From positions 1 to 40,153 of the IMG/VR virus record IMGVR_UViG_3300037044_000263: 40,153 bases of DNA; one strand, given 5' to 3'. How positions within the stretch are numbered: the stretch's first letter is position 1; each line of letters begins with the position of its first letter. Position numbers and translations under genes: made by a program. The stretch is from a virus (Duplodnaviria > Caudoviricetes). Of the stretch, positions 25,876 through 34,837 are shown piece after piece. The notes beneath the pieces are model-generated. The model had not been told where the DNA came from, made no database searches, and worked only from the letters and a program-made list of their open reading frames with translations.

Positions 25876-25954
25876 GGGGCGGCGAACGAGGTTTGGGGGT
25901 GTTAGTTTCGATCTCACTATGTTGATCGGGTGTCTTTTTTAGGAGGTGGTTGTC

Positions 25955-26260
25955 ATGGCTTTGTTTGAAAAAGGTGTTTCGGGTAATCCCGTCGGTCGAC
26001 CGAAAGGTCTTCTCACGGGCCGCGCCAAGGCTTTGTATGCGCTGGATCAGGTTGTCAGCAAGGAAGAGAACATCGAGTTGATCGAAGGTGCGCTGGAAAA
26101 GACGCTGCGTGAGAAACCCATGTGGTTCTTCATCAACGTGATCATGCCTCTTCTGCCGAAAGAGACCAAGGGTGTCCTTGAGACCGGCGACCGTGTGATT
26201 GAGTGGAAGAGCCTGGTGTCGGCTGCCACAGAGGCCGATGAGCAGCTTGAACGGACCTAA
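25955..26260 (+). CDS. Terminase small subunit-like protein (DUF5681-like)
   Basis: FEKGVSGNPVGRPKG motif, AGGAGG RBS, directly upstream of terL. Confidence 0.72.
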   Translation: MALFEKGVSGNPVGRPKGLLTGRAKALYALDQVVSKEENIELIEGALEKTLREKPMWFFINVIMPLLPKETKGVLETGDRVIEWKSLVSAATEADEQLERT

Positions 26261-26263
26261 CCA

Positions 26264-27532
26264 ATGCAGATCGACTACACACCACATGCCTCTCAACAGT
26301 TGATCCACAATGCCCGCGACGCCAGGTTCCGGACGATTTGTACGGGCCGCAGGTTCGGCAAGACTCTTTGTATGGCGGCGGAGTTGCTGGATCGGGGCGG
26401 CGGCGAGATCGGCGGCGACTACGGCTGGGTCGCGCCGACATACGGTGTGGCAGAGCGCGGTGTCGAGGCCTTTCGAACTATCGCGCCTGATTTTGTGAGA
26501 GTCGTCGGTCGCATGCCGACCAGAGTGGAGTTCGAGGGCGCAAAGGGACCGTGCCGGGTGTGGATGCTGAGTGCCGACAATCCTGATTCCATTCGCGGCT
26601 TCGGGTTCCGGGGTCTTGTGATCGATGAGGCGGCCGCCGTACCGGTGGATGTGTGGAACTACGCCCTGCGGCCGACACTCGCGCAGACGCTCGGCTGGGG
26701 TGTGTTCATCTCCACCCCCGCCGGCCGCAACTGGTTTTACGACATGTTCACGCGGGGTGTCGAGCGTCAGGATGGATTCCGGTCGTTCACCTTCCCATCA
26801 AATGTGTCGCCTTACTTTCCGGCGAAGGAGTGGGAAGAGGCCCGCCGCACGCTGCCTGAAGATGTGTTCCGGCAAGAGTACATGGCCGAGTTTCTGGAGG
26901 ATTCGGCGGGCGTGTTCAGGGGTGTGGATGGCTGTCTTGTGGCAGCCGGTGATGAGTCTCTCACAGAAACACAGCGGAGAACGGTGATTGTCGGGTGTGA
27001 CATCGCCAAGCATACCGACTGGACGGTGTGTATCTCGATAGATGCGAAGACAGGGCTGTGTCTCGAAATCGAGAGGTTCAATCAGTTGGACTGGCCTGTT
27101 CAACGGGAGAGGATCGCCGCGTTTGTGAAGCGGTGGCAGGCCCGGCTTGTGATGGACGCCACAGGTGTCGGTGACCCTGTCTTCGATGATCTGCGGCGAG
27201 TGCTGCCACACGTCGAGGGGTTCAAGATCACCGCACAGACCAAGCGCGAGCTTGTGCAGGGCCTCATGGTGGCAGTCGAGCAGCGCCGCGTGATGTGGCC
27301 TGCCACATGGGACGTGCTGACGGCGGAGATGAAGCGGTATGAGTACGAGATCGGCCCGACCGGGCAAGTCTCTTACGCAGCGCCGTCTGGGTATCATGAT
27401 GACTGCGTGATGGCATTGGCGCTCGGCGTGTGGGGCTGCCACACGTTCGGCGTGGAGCCGGGAAGGATGCTGAGGCTAAACGCGAGATTGAGGGCAGAGG
27501 TCAGCGGACGGAGGTCGGTGACGTTGGCGTAA
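26264..27532 (+). CDS. terL: Terminase large subunit
   Basis: GRRFGKT Walker A, VIDEAA Walker B, ISTP coupling motif, and nuclease motifs GCDIA, MDATG and HDDCVMALAL. Confidence 0.93.
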   Translation: MQIDYTPHASQQLIHNARDARFRTICTGRRFGKTLCMAAELLDRGGGEIGGDYGWVAPTYGVAERGVEAFRTIAPDFVRVVGRMPTRVEFEGAKGPCRVWMLSADNPDSIRGFGFRGLVIDEAAAVPVDVWNYALRPTLAQTLGWGVFISTPAGRNWFYDMFTRGVERQDGFRSFTFPSNVSPYFPAKEWEEARRTLPEDVFRQEYMAEFLEDSAGVFRGVDGCLVAAGDESLTETQRRTVIVGCDIAKHTDWTVCISIDAKTGLCLEIERFNQLDWPVQRERIAAFVKRWQARLVMDATGVGDPVFDDLRRVLPHVEGFKITAQTKRELVQGLMVAVEQRRVMWPATWDVLTAEMKRYEYEIGPTGQVSYAAPSGYHDDCVMALALGVWGCHTFGVEPGRMLRLNARLRAEVSGRRSVTLA

Positions 27533-27540
27533 CTCGGTTG

Positions 27541-29637
27541 TCATATGTCAGACTTGTACTCGATAGTCGAATTATCATCGACCGATATTTTGGCACCGCA
27601 ATCCAAATATGAATTGATGGACTCTTCTAGAGAGAACAGGTCGCACTTACCTTTGCTATAAGAGCCGAATTCGACTACCCATAGCTGTTGGGACCAATTA
27701 TCCCCACCGACGGCCTTTTCGTAAACATGTCCTGTCTTACTAATCTCAAATGTATGCTCGGATATGCTGAAGTCGATAATTGTTTTCTCATAAAACTCAT
27801 CGTTTCCATCGCCATAGACAGTGCCGAACTCAGTGCAAACACCGGGTGTAACGAGCGGTAATCTCTCAAGAGCGTAGAGAGCATTGCCGAGACCCACAAT
27901 CTGTTGAGGTGTTATCTGTGGTAACGCGAGAAAACGGCGCGCGACATTCTTCGCCAGCTCAATCGCCTGTTCATCCTCCTCGGTTAATTCAAATTCTTCT
28001 TCTACCTGTTCATCCACAGGGGTCTCCTCTGGATCGCTAACAACAAGATCATCCGACATGTCGTCGCTCGTATCCGCGAGCCAAACGCCATTCTCGTCAA
28101 GTGCTTCGGAGACCGTGTGACACGCTTCGTCACCAATATTGAGCAGGTACCTTTCAAAAGCCATGACCTTGAAGTAGATACTAGCATGAGATAGCCATGC
28201 TATGCGTTCTTCGATCACACGCCGTGCTTCGGCAGCGCGGCCAGCACGACGCAGTACGTCCACTTGAATCACCCTATCCAGCTCGTCGTCATCTGTGAGA
28301 TGTTCATCGCGACTGGTGTTTAGCGCGGAATCGATCCGGTCTGCCGCTTTAATCCGACACATGCGCGCATGTTCTGTTTGCGCTGCATCGTCGCACACCC
28401 ATGCCGCATGAATGAATGCCCAAGCTTCCTGGGCGTCGCCATCTGCTCTATTCGTGATCATTGCTTTGCACATGAATCTGTTAGCCAATTCCGGAAAAGT
28501 CGGATCCGAGAGTTGCTCGACGTATGCAGCTGCAGCTTGACGAACGATTTCTTTAGGAAAGGGGATGAAAACGTCGACGGCGGAAGCGCAATAACCACAG
28601 CTGGGACAACGATGTACCCAAGTGGATATAGCAGACCGTTCCGGTTCAGGAGGCCGGTTATCGAGATCGGGGGAACCGAACCGGATGGAACTGCCTTTGT
28701 GGGTGTGCTCTGTTTCAGTTGCACGTACAGCACTCCTGCACCACGGTTTAGAGGCTGACCGCATGTAGGTATACTTTGCTTCAGTTCCACATACAGCGCA
28801 TTTAGTAACTTCTTCGGTCGACTCAAGTTCATCCACAGGGGTCTCCTCTGGATCGCTAACGACAAGATCGTCTGGCATGTCGGCGCTAGTATGCGTTAGC
28901 AAATCGGCTTTCTCGCCAAGTGCCTCGCCGATCGTATGGCATGCCTCGTCACCGATGCTGAGTAAGTGCTCTTGAAAATCGAGTATCTTGCAAATGGTGG
29001 TATCCGTGATTGTAGTCCGTTTCGCCTTGATCAACTTCTGTGCTTCAGAGCCGCGGCCTGTACGGCGCAACAAGTCTACTAGAATTGCCGTACCCATCCT
29101 GTCAAATTGCAAAAATCTCCCCTCGCCTTCCTTCACGGGCACTGCATCGTGGTTCTCAACATCATTTCTGGCTTCATCCGTGAACTGTTGCCCGCTGTCA
29201 AAGATCTTGTTGATCATATCGATCGCCTCGTTGCGACATATCCTGGCCAGTTCTGCTTTCGCTTCATCGTCGCATACCCATGCCGCATGTATGAGATCCC
29301 AAGCTGCTGCCGCGTAATCTTCTATATCCTCGTCGATGAAAGCTTTGCACAAGAAATTATTCGCCAATTCCGGAAATATTTTCTCGTTGAGTTGCTCGAC
29401 ATATCCGGAGAATCCAAGCAGATCACCACACCATGGGGGCTCTTCGCTGACATCCTCGGCGCAGTAACCACAGCCGGGACAACGATGTACCCAGGTGAAC
29501 ATGGTTGACCTTTCCAATTCTGGCGGCCGGGTGTCAAGATCGGCGTAACCACATCCGCTGCTACTACCCATGTAGGTGTACTCAGCCTCGGTTCCGCACA
29601 CGGCACATTTGGTGATTTCCTCAAAGAACGTAGACAT
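27541..29637 (-). CDS. Moron: protein with two tandem DUF2225-like Zn-ribbon + helical domains
   Basis: Two copies of TKCAVCG...DLD.RPPE.ERS...WVHRCP.CGYCA...AAWVCDD, each followed by DDLVVSDPEETPVDE; AGGAG RBS before ATG 29637. Confidence 0.7.
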   Translation of the reverse strand: MSTFFEEITKCAVCGTEAEYTYMGSSSGCGYADLDTRPPELERSTMFTWVHRCPGCGYCAEDVSEEPPWCGDLLGFSGYVEQLNEKIFPELANNFLCKAFIDEDIEDYAAAAWDLIHAAWVCDDEAKAELARICRNEAIDMINKIFDSGQQFTDEARNDVENHDAVPVKEGEGRFLQFDRMGTAILVDLLRRTGRGSEAQKLIKAKRTTITDTTICKILDFQEHLLSIGDEACHTIGEALGEKADLLTHTSADMPDDLVVSDPEETPVDELESTEEVTKCAVCGTEAKYTYMRSASKPWCRSAVRATETEHTHKGSSIRFGSPDLDNRPPEPERSAISTWVHRCPSCGYCASAVDVFIPFPKEIVRQAAAAYVEQLSDPTFPELANRFMCKAMITNRADGDAQEAWAFIHAAWVCDDAAQTEHARMCRIKAADRIDSALNTSRDEHLTDDDELDRVIQVDVLRRAGRAAEARRVIEERIAWLSHASIYFKVMAFERYLLNIGDEACHTVSEALDENGVWLADTSDDMSDDLVVSDPEETPVDEQVEEEFELTEEDEQAIELAKNVARRFLALPQITPQQIVGLGNALYALERLPLVTPGVCTEFGTVYGDGNDEFYEKTIIDFSISEHTFEISKTGHVYEKAVGGDNWSQQLWVVEFGSYSKGKCDLFSLEESINSYLDCGAKISVDDNSTIEYKSDI

Positions 29638-29842
29638 TAATACTCCTTTGTGAGCGTTGACAGGCGTCGAAGTTCGAGGAGCCCTGGGTGCTAACTTCAA
29701 CGCGTAACCTCACGCTTACCGCTTTCCCACCTCGGTGATCTAGAGTGTAACTCTATTCTGTTGCCGGGCAAGCATGAAAATCTATGGGGTTGAATTCTCA
29801 CGCACGTGTGTTGAATCCGCACCTATATTAGGAGGCGCGGAT

Positions 29843-30895
29843 ATGGCATTGACGGTATACACGAGCAAAGATAACCAGTGGCGGGAGTATGTGAACCCGC
29901 TGCGGGGCATGACGCTGGACCGAATCGTCCAACTCATCGAGCAGGGCGAGCGCGGGGCTTTCGCGGATCTCCAGTGGTTCTATCAGGCCATGGAGCGTTC
30001 TGACGCGCTGATCGCCACCGTGCTGATGCGGCGGCGGGCTGCGCTGCTGTCCTGTGAGTGGCACGTAAGGCCGGAAGAGAAGCCGACCGACACGGTTCTC
30101 GCCATTGAACAGGCTGCGTATCTGCGTAATCAGTACGACCGGGTGGAGAACCTGCGCGAGGCGGTTGCCTTTCTGTCTTCGGCGTCTTTCCGGGGATTCG
30201 CCCATGTTGAGAAGCACTACTCCGATAACGGTGGGGGTGTTGTCCGGCTCGAACCGGTGGAGCAGTGGTTCTGGTGCCGCGAAGGGATGTTCGGAGAGTG
30301 GACTTACAACCGCGACGCTCGCTCGGGTGTTGAGAAGGGTGAGCAGATCGAGCGGAGCAACTTCGTGGTGGTCGAGTCCCCTATCGCCCTCGACCGAATC
30401 CTAGCCGTGCAGTACTTCCGACGCAATCTGGCTCTGCGTGACTGGAGTTCGTTTCTCGATGTGTACGGCATCCCGTCGATGTTCTTCATCGGGCCTCCGG
30501 GTGTGACGGACGAGAAAGAGAAGCAGTATCTGGCCATCGCTCAGGATCTCGTGAAGGACGGGCGCGGCTATCTGCCCAATGGCACGGATGTCAAATATGT
30601 GAACGGCGGCGGCACAGGCAAGCCGCCTTTTCGGGATAACCTGGACTATCTCGACAGGCAGATCACGCTGCTCGGCACCGGCGGTCTACTGACCATGCTG
30701 ACCGAGAGCGGCAGCGGCACGCTGGCCGGCAACGCGCACCAAGAGGCGTTCAATCAGGTGGCGAAGGCCGATGCGGTGATGGTATCCGAAGCGCTGCAAC
30801 GGGACTTCGACGCACCATTGCTGGCTGCGGCATTCCCCGGCTGGCCGGTGGAGGCGGGGTTTGAGTTGAAGATGGAGGAGGCTACTGTTTTGTAG
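29843..30895 (+). CDS. Portal protein (Mu gp29/DUF935-like)
   Basis: RRRAALL, GFAHVE, W..FLDVYGIP and GSGTLAGNAHQE motifs; AGGAGG RBS; follows terL. Confidence 0.82.
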   Translation: MALTVYTSKDNQWREYVNPLRGMTLDRIVQLIEQGERGAFADLQWFYQAMERSDALIATVLMRRRAALLSCEWHVRPEEKPTDTVLAIEQAAYLRNQYDRVENLREAVAFLSSASFRGFAHVEKHYSDNGGGVVRLEPVEQWFWCREGMFGEWTYNRDARSGVEKGEQIERSNFVVVESPIALDRILAVQYFRRNLALRDWSSFLDVYGIPSMFFIGPPGVTDEKEKQYLAIAQDLVKDGRGYLPNGTDVKYVNGGGTGKPPFRDNLDYLDRQITLLGTGGLLTMLTESGSGTLAGNAHQEAFNQVAKADAVMVSEALQRDFDAPLLAAAFPGWPVEAGFELKMEEATVL

Positions 30896-30996
30896 ACGAC
30901 ACCTCGAAATTGCTTAAATTGTAGAGGGCGTTAGGATGTCTAAACATATTCAGTGGAGGAGTTGAAACTTGACCTGACTGCGCTAACGCGCAGGCA

Positions 30997-31803
30997 TCAA
31001 TATGGTGCTTGAAAGTCAATCTCTAGACGGTCTTTCGTCAAAGATTCATTAAGAATGCGATAAAAGCCCGGATTTGCTTTTTGGCCTGCCGTTAGCAATA
31101 CATTCTTTGTTGAGCATATCTCGCCGATTCTTGTCAGGAGATAAGCCCTTGCTTCAAGCCCCTTGCCCACTATTGAAATCTTGCCTCGTCGGGTGTTGTC
31201 ATCGTAAATTAGACTTTCGCTTTGTTTGTTAGTGGCCTTGTCTAATAGGGTTTTTGAGGACACTTCTTTTTCAAATTTATGAACGGCATCTTCAACAAGA
31301 TAAACCAAATTGTCTAGCCCTTTTGGTCCTCTCACTGTTTTATCTTTGTCTAGTAGTAAATCATAAATGGTATATGTCAGGTCTCCGTTGTTGACCAGCA
31401 GGTATCTGAACCCGTGATCTCGGGAATATTTTAAATATGTTGAGGCTTGTTTTGAGGCCACGGAATCAAAAATGCCGGATGTCTCAAAGGCATGAGCTAC
31501 TCCAGCAAAGTCGTTTTTCAAGAACCGCAGTAGATAGTCTTGTTGCCACGGCTGCAGGAATGAACCCGTAACAAAAGGCGGCGACAAGAGCACTTCATCC
31601 AAAGGCACACTTATTAGCAGGGAACCTCCATAGTGACTGGATGGTTCAATGCGAGAAATCTGGTAGGCAAACATCTCTTTTTGGTAATTGAAGGCTGCGG
31701 TTGGTGAATAGAATGTTCTTCCACTCACACTGTATGAACGGCAACCTGACAGGTTTAATGCGCCTATAACGAGAGCGAAGCAAGCCCGATTGTTCAGTGT
31801 CAT
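30997..31803 (-). CDS. Moron: predicted lipoprotein
   Basis: Signal peptide with lipobox LSGC; visibly AT-richer than its neighbours; antisense to the head operon. Confidence 0.7.
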   Translation of the reverse strand: MTLNNRACFALVIGALNLSGCRSYSVSGRTFYSPTAAFNYQKEMFAYQISRIEPSSHYGGSLLISVPLDEVLLSPPFVTGSFLQPWQQDYLLRFLKNDFAGVAHAFETSGIFDSVASKQASTYLKYSRDHGFRYLLVNNGDLTYTIYDLLLDKDKTVRGPKGLDNLVYLVEDAVHKFEKEVSSKTLLDKATNKQSESLIYDDNTRRGKISIVGKGLEARAYLLTRIGEICSTKNVLLTAGQKANPGFYRILNESLTKDRLEIDFQAPY

Positions 31804-31924
31804 TTGTCAAACCTTACCCAGAATAATTCTGATTCAGATTCAAAATAGCAGACAAAGATGTGAACTTCAAGACTGGCAAAGCATGTAATAGTTGATTTCG
31901 AGCCTTCTTATGGAGGGTTCGATA

Positions 31925-32836
31925 ATGGGCGACAAAGATTTCATGTTGGCCGGAGACGGCTGGGTACAGGTGACGCCGTGCGGGGAATTCCCACATGTCG
32001 GGGCGGGTGTCACGCAGGTCATCGACCGCGAGGCGTGCGACAGGATCGCGGCGGATTTCAACGGCCGCAAGTCTGATCCCAATTTCCCCGGTGTTCTGGT
32101 GGACTTCGATCACTTCTCGCTGGATACGGAGAAGTCGAGCGAGGCCGCCGGCTGGATTTCCGATCTGGAGTCTCGCGATACGGGGCTTTGGGCTCGCGTG
32201 CGTTGGTCGGATGCCGGCCTGTCTGCTGTACGCGGCGGCCGGTTTCGTTTGATGAGCCCTGTCTTTCCCCCACCGTCCGCGTGCGAGGAGCTGGGCGGCG
32301 GCAAGATCCGGCCGGTCATGTTGGTGAGCGTGGCGCTGACCAATGAACCCAACATCCGGGGCGGTCGGCCACTGGCCAACCGCCAGTTAGGAGTTAGGAG
32401 TGAGGAGTTAGGAGTTGAGAATCGGGGCGGCGGGGCGAAGAAATACCGGTGGGTGTTGGGCAATCCCCCCAGCGGCGAGCATTGCGGCGAGTGTGTCTCG
32501 CGGGCGGGACAGGTGAAAACGGCTCAGGAATGGGCGGCGATGAAAGCGCCGCCGTGCAACTGCCACTGTTCGCTGGAAGAAGTGGACGATGAGACCGCGA
32601 ACCGCTGGACAAACGTTGCGCGGGCGGCGTCGCTTGCGGTGAGGCAGGCGAAGGCGGCTAGGAGAAAGGCTGAAGTCGGAAGCATGAAGGATGAAGGTGT
32701 GACTGGGGATGTGTCACGCGGAGACGCGGAGGCCCGGAGGAAACAGGCTGCTCGGGCGGCGGTGATGCGGGAGTTGGCTGAGAAACGCTCAACTTTCACC
32801 GCTCAAGCGAGGGAAGAGTTGAAAACGAAATGTTGA
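31925..32836 (+). CDS. Mu-like prohead protease (gpI) with C-terminal Cys/His-rich extension
   Basis: LVDFDH, AAGWI, GLWARVRWS, SPVF and SVALTNEP motifs; GGAGG RBS before ATG 31925. Confidence 0.85.
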   Translation: MGDKDFMLAGDGWVQVTPCGEFPHVGAGVTQVIDREACDRIAADFNGRKSDPNFPGVLVDFDHFSLDTEKSSEAAGWISDLESRDTGLWARVRWSDAGLSAVRGGRFRLMSPVFPPPSACEELGGGKIRPVMLVSVALTNEPNIRGGRPLANRQLGVRSEELGVENRGGGAKKYRWVLGNPPSGEHCGECVSRAGQVKTAQEWAAMKAPPCNCHCSLEEVDDETANRWTNVARAASLAVRQAKAARRKAEVGSMKDEGVTGDVSRGDAEARRKQAARAAVMRELAEKRSTFTAQAREELKTKC

Positions 32837-32885
32837 TACTTGGCGTTAGATGTAGGGCGGTTGAATCATTCTACAGGAGGGTCTT

Positions 32886-33398
32886 ATGGGCGAAGAGGTC
32901 AAGAAGGTTGAAAGCGGCGCGGTTCCGGATGATCGCGTGAAGTCGCTGGAGGAGGCTTTGGCGACTGAGAAGGCCAAGAACGAGGTCCTGATGGAGCAAA
33001 TCCTCAAGTCGGAGAACAGTCTCGCCGAGAAGGATGTCGAGGGTTTTGCGGATGTGATCCCGAATGAGGATCGCGGGTTCTGGCGTGGGCAGTTTCTTGA
33101 GAACCGCGAGGCGGCGGTCGGCATCCTGAACCGGATGCGCGAACTTGTAAAGCCTGCCGCGAAGACCGAGGCTGCCCCAGCCGCAGTGGCAGTGCCCCCC
33201 GTGGCGGTGCCGCCGGTCGCTGTGACAAAGCCGCTGCACAACCGCGAGACGGCGAAGCCTGCCGTGGCCGAGAAGGGTGCGGCGGGCGGCGGAGACCGGG
33301 CTGCGAAGTTGCGTAACCGCGCGCAGGAGATTTCGCGGCGCGACGGGTGCTCGTTCACGGTGGCGTTCCGCGCGGCGGAGCAGGAGATTGCGGGATAG
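32886..33398 (+). CDS. Putative capsid scaffold protein
   Basis: Coiled-coil, Ala/Pro-rich protein between the protease and capsid genes; AGGAGG RBS. Confidence 0.6.
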   Translation: MGEEVKKVESGAVPDDRVKSLEEALATEKAKNEVLMEQILKSENSLAEKDVEGFADVIPNEDRGFWRGQFLENREAAVGILNRMRELVKPAAKTEAAPAAVAVPPVAVPPVAVTKPLHNRETAKPAVAEKGAAGGGDRAAKLRNRAQEISRRDGCSFTVAFRAAEQEIAG

Positions 33399-33455
33399 GG
33401 AGTACGCTCAACGTTGAACGTTCACCTTTCAACGCTCAAGTGATGGAGGAAAATA

Positions 33456-33881
33456 ATGAGCCAGAGTGATACCAGAAGCGGAACGTTCCGCGTGCTCGCG
33501 GGCGAGGATCTGACGGACAAGAAGGGTTACCTTGCCGTGTTGACGCATGATACGGGCGTTCCGGAAGTGAAACTGCCGGCTTCGGTCGACGCGTACGCGT
33601 TCTACCTGGTCGATGACGGCGGGGCTGACGCGGCGTATGTGGACGTGGAGCCGCTTGAGGCCGGGCGCAACGTGCGCGCGGTCCTGAAGGGGACGTGCAA
33701 CCCCGGCGACGTGCTGGTGTTGGCGGATACGGGCACGGCGGCGGACAAGGGCAAGGTGCGGGCGCTTCCGTCTGCGGCGGGGACGTACCGCGGCCTCGCC
33801 GTTGCGGAAGAGAAAGGCGCGGACGGTCAGCTGGTGCTGTGCCGCCCGGCGATGATCGGTAACGTGACGGTGTCGGAATAG
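33456..33881 (+). CDS. Capsid decoration/cement protein (DUF2190-like)
   Basis: AGEDL...GTCNPGDVL...G.A.E.GADGQLV pattern; located just before the major capsid gene. Confidence 0.62.
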   Translation: MSQSDTRSGTFRVLAGEDLTDKKGYLAVLTHDTGVPEVKLPASVDAYAFYLVDDGGADAAYVDVEPLEAGRNVRAVLKGTCNPGDVLVLADTGTAADKGKVRALPSAAGTYRGLAVAEEKGADGQLVLCRPAMIGNVTVSE

Positions 33882-33908
33882 ACCGGGGTTGATACGGAGG
33901 GTGATGGA

Positions 33909-34811
33909 ATGTTGAACATGAAACAGAGCGACTGCCGTTTCGGCGGTGTGGGGTTCGCGGCGGGAGAGGACCTGTCGCTGAAGGCGGGGCACCTCGTGAA
34001 GCTGAACAGCGGCGGCGACCTGGTGCTGCCGGCTTCGGCGGCCGACATCACGCCGTATGTCGTGATCTGCGGCGCGGATACGGGTTACCTGTGCGGGGCG
34101 GTGCCGCTCACGAGCGCGGGCAACTGCCGGGTCAAACTGGCGGGGACGTGCGAGGCGGGCGACCTTCTGGTGGCGAAGGGCGACGGCCGCGTGGAGGCCG
34201 GAGTGATCGGCGGCGAGGCGCTGCCGGTCGGCATGGCCGAAGAGAAGGGCGTGGAAGGGCAGCATGTGCTGCTGCGTCCGCTGTGCGTCGGCGCACGCGG
34301 CGCCGCTGGGGCGGCAGGCGCGGCGGGTGCTCCCGGTGCGAACGGTGCGACGGGTGCGACGGGTGCCGAGGGACCCCAGGGCGAAACCGGGATGGACGGC
34401 GGCGCTTTCCATGTGCCGGTGAGCCTGATCGCGAACGCCCCTGCCGGTAATGACTTGATCGGGCTGATCCTCGCGGTTTTTGCCGGCCCCGCGTTTGACG
34501 CGTATCCCAACGTAGGCACCCCTGTCGCGTGGGTTGTCGTGTCCGGGCTGACGGTGATCGACGGAACCGCTTACGCGGTCTGCTGGAAACTGTGGCAGGC
34601 CAGTCCGCCGGACAATACGGAGGTGATCATGCCTGTTTCCGTGATCGCGCCGGGCGCTCTCACGACCGAGGTCAGGGCCGTGCAGATCCCGGAGACGGGT
34701 TATTGCCGCCTGTCGAGGGATGATTCCGCCATCATGATGGGGTCCGTCGTGCTGAAGGTGGCGAGTGTGTCCGGAACCAAACTGCTTGGTTTTACCTTTT
34801 ACAGTGTTTAA
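33909..34811 (+). CDS. Decoration-protein paralogue with collagen-like stalk and C-terminal domain (head fibre)
   Basis: The N-terminal ~130 aa align with the upstream gene (QSD.R.G.....AGEDL); 12 consecutive G-X-Y triplets follow. Confidence 0.65.
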   Translation: MLNMKQSDCRFGGVGFAAGEDLSLKAGHLVKLNSGGDLVLPASAADITPYVVICGADTGYLCGAVPLTSAGNCRVKLAGTCEAGDLLVAKGDGRVEAGVIGGEALPVGMAEEKGVEGQHVLLRPLCVGARGAAGAAGAAGAPGANGATGATGAEGPQGETGMDGGAFHVPVSLIANAPAGNDLIGLILAVFAGPAFDAYPNVGTPVAWVVVSGLTVIDGTAYAVCWKLWQASPPDNTEVIMPVSVIAPGALTTEVRAVQIPETGYCRLSRDDSAIMMGSVVLKVASVSGTKLLGFTFYSV

Positions 34812-34837
34812 CCGGGTCTAACAGGAGGATGAGATAA

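Noticed and set aside
22365-25942. ORFs of 60-274 aa within the structured region
   Set aside because: Arg/Ala/Pro/Gly-rich and mutually overlapping; the repeat copies differ by indels that do not preserve frame; no RBSs.
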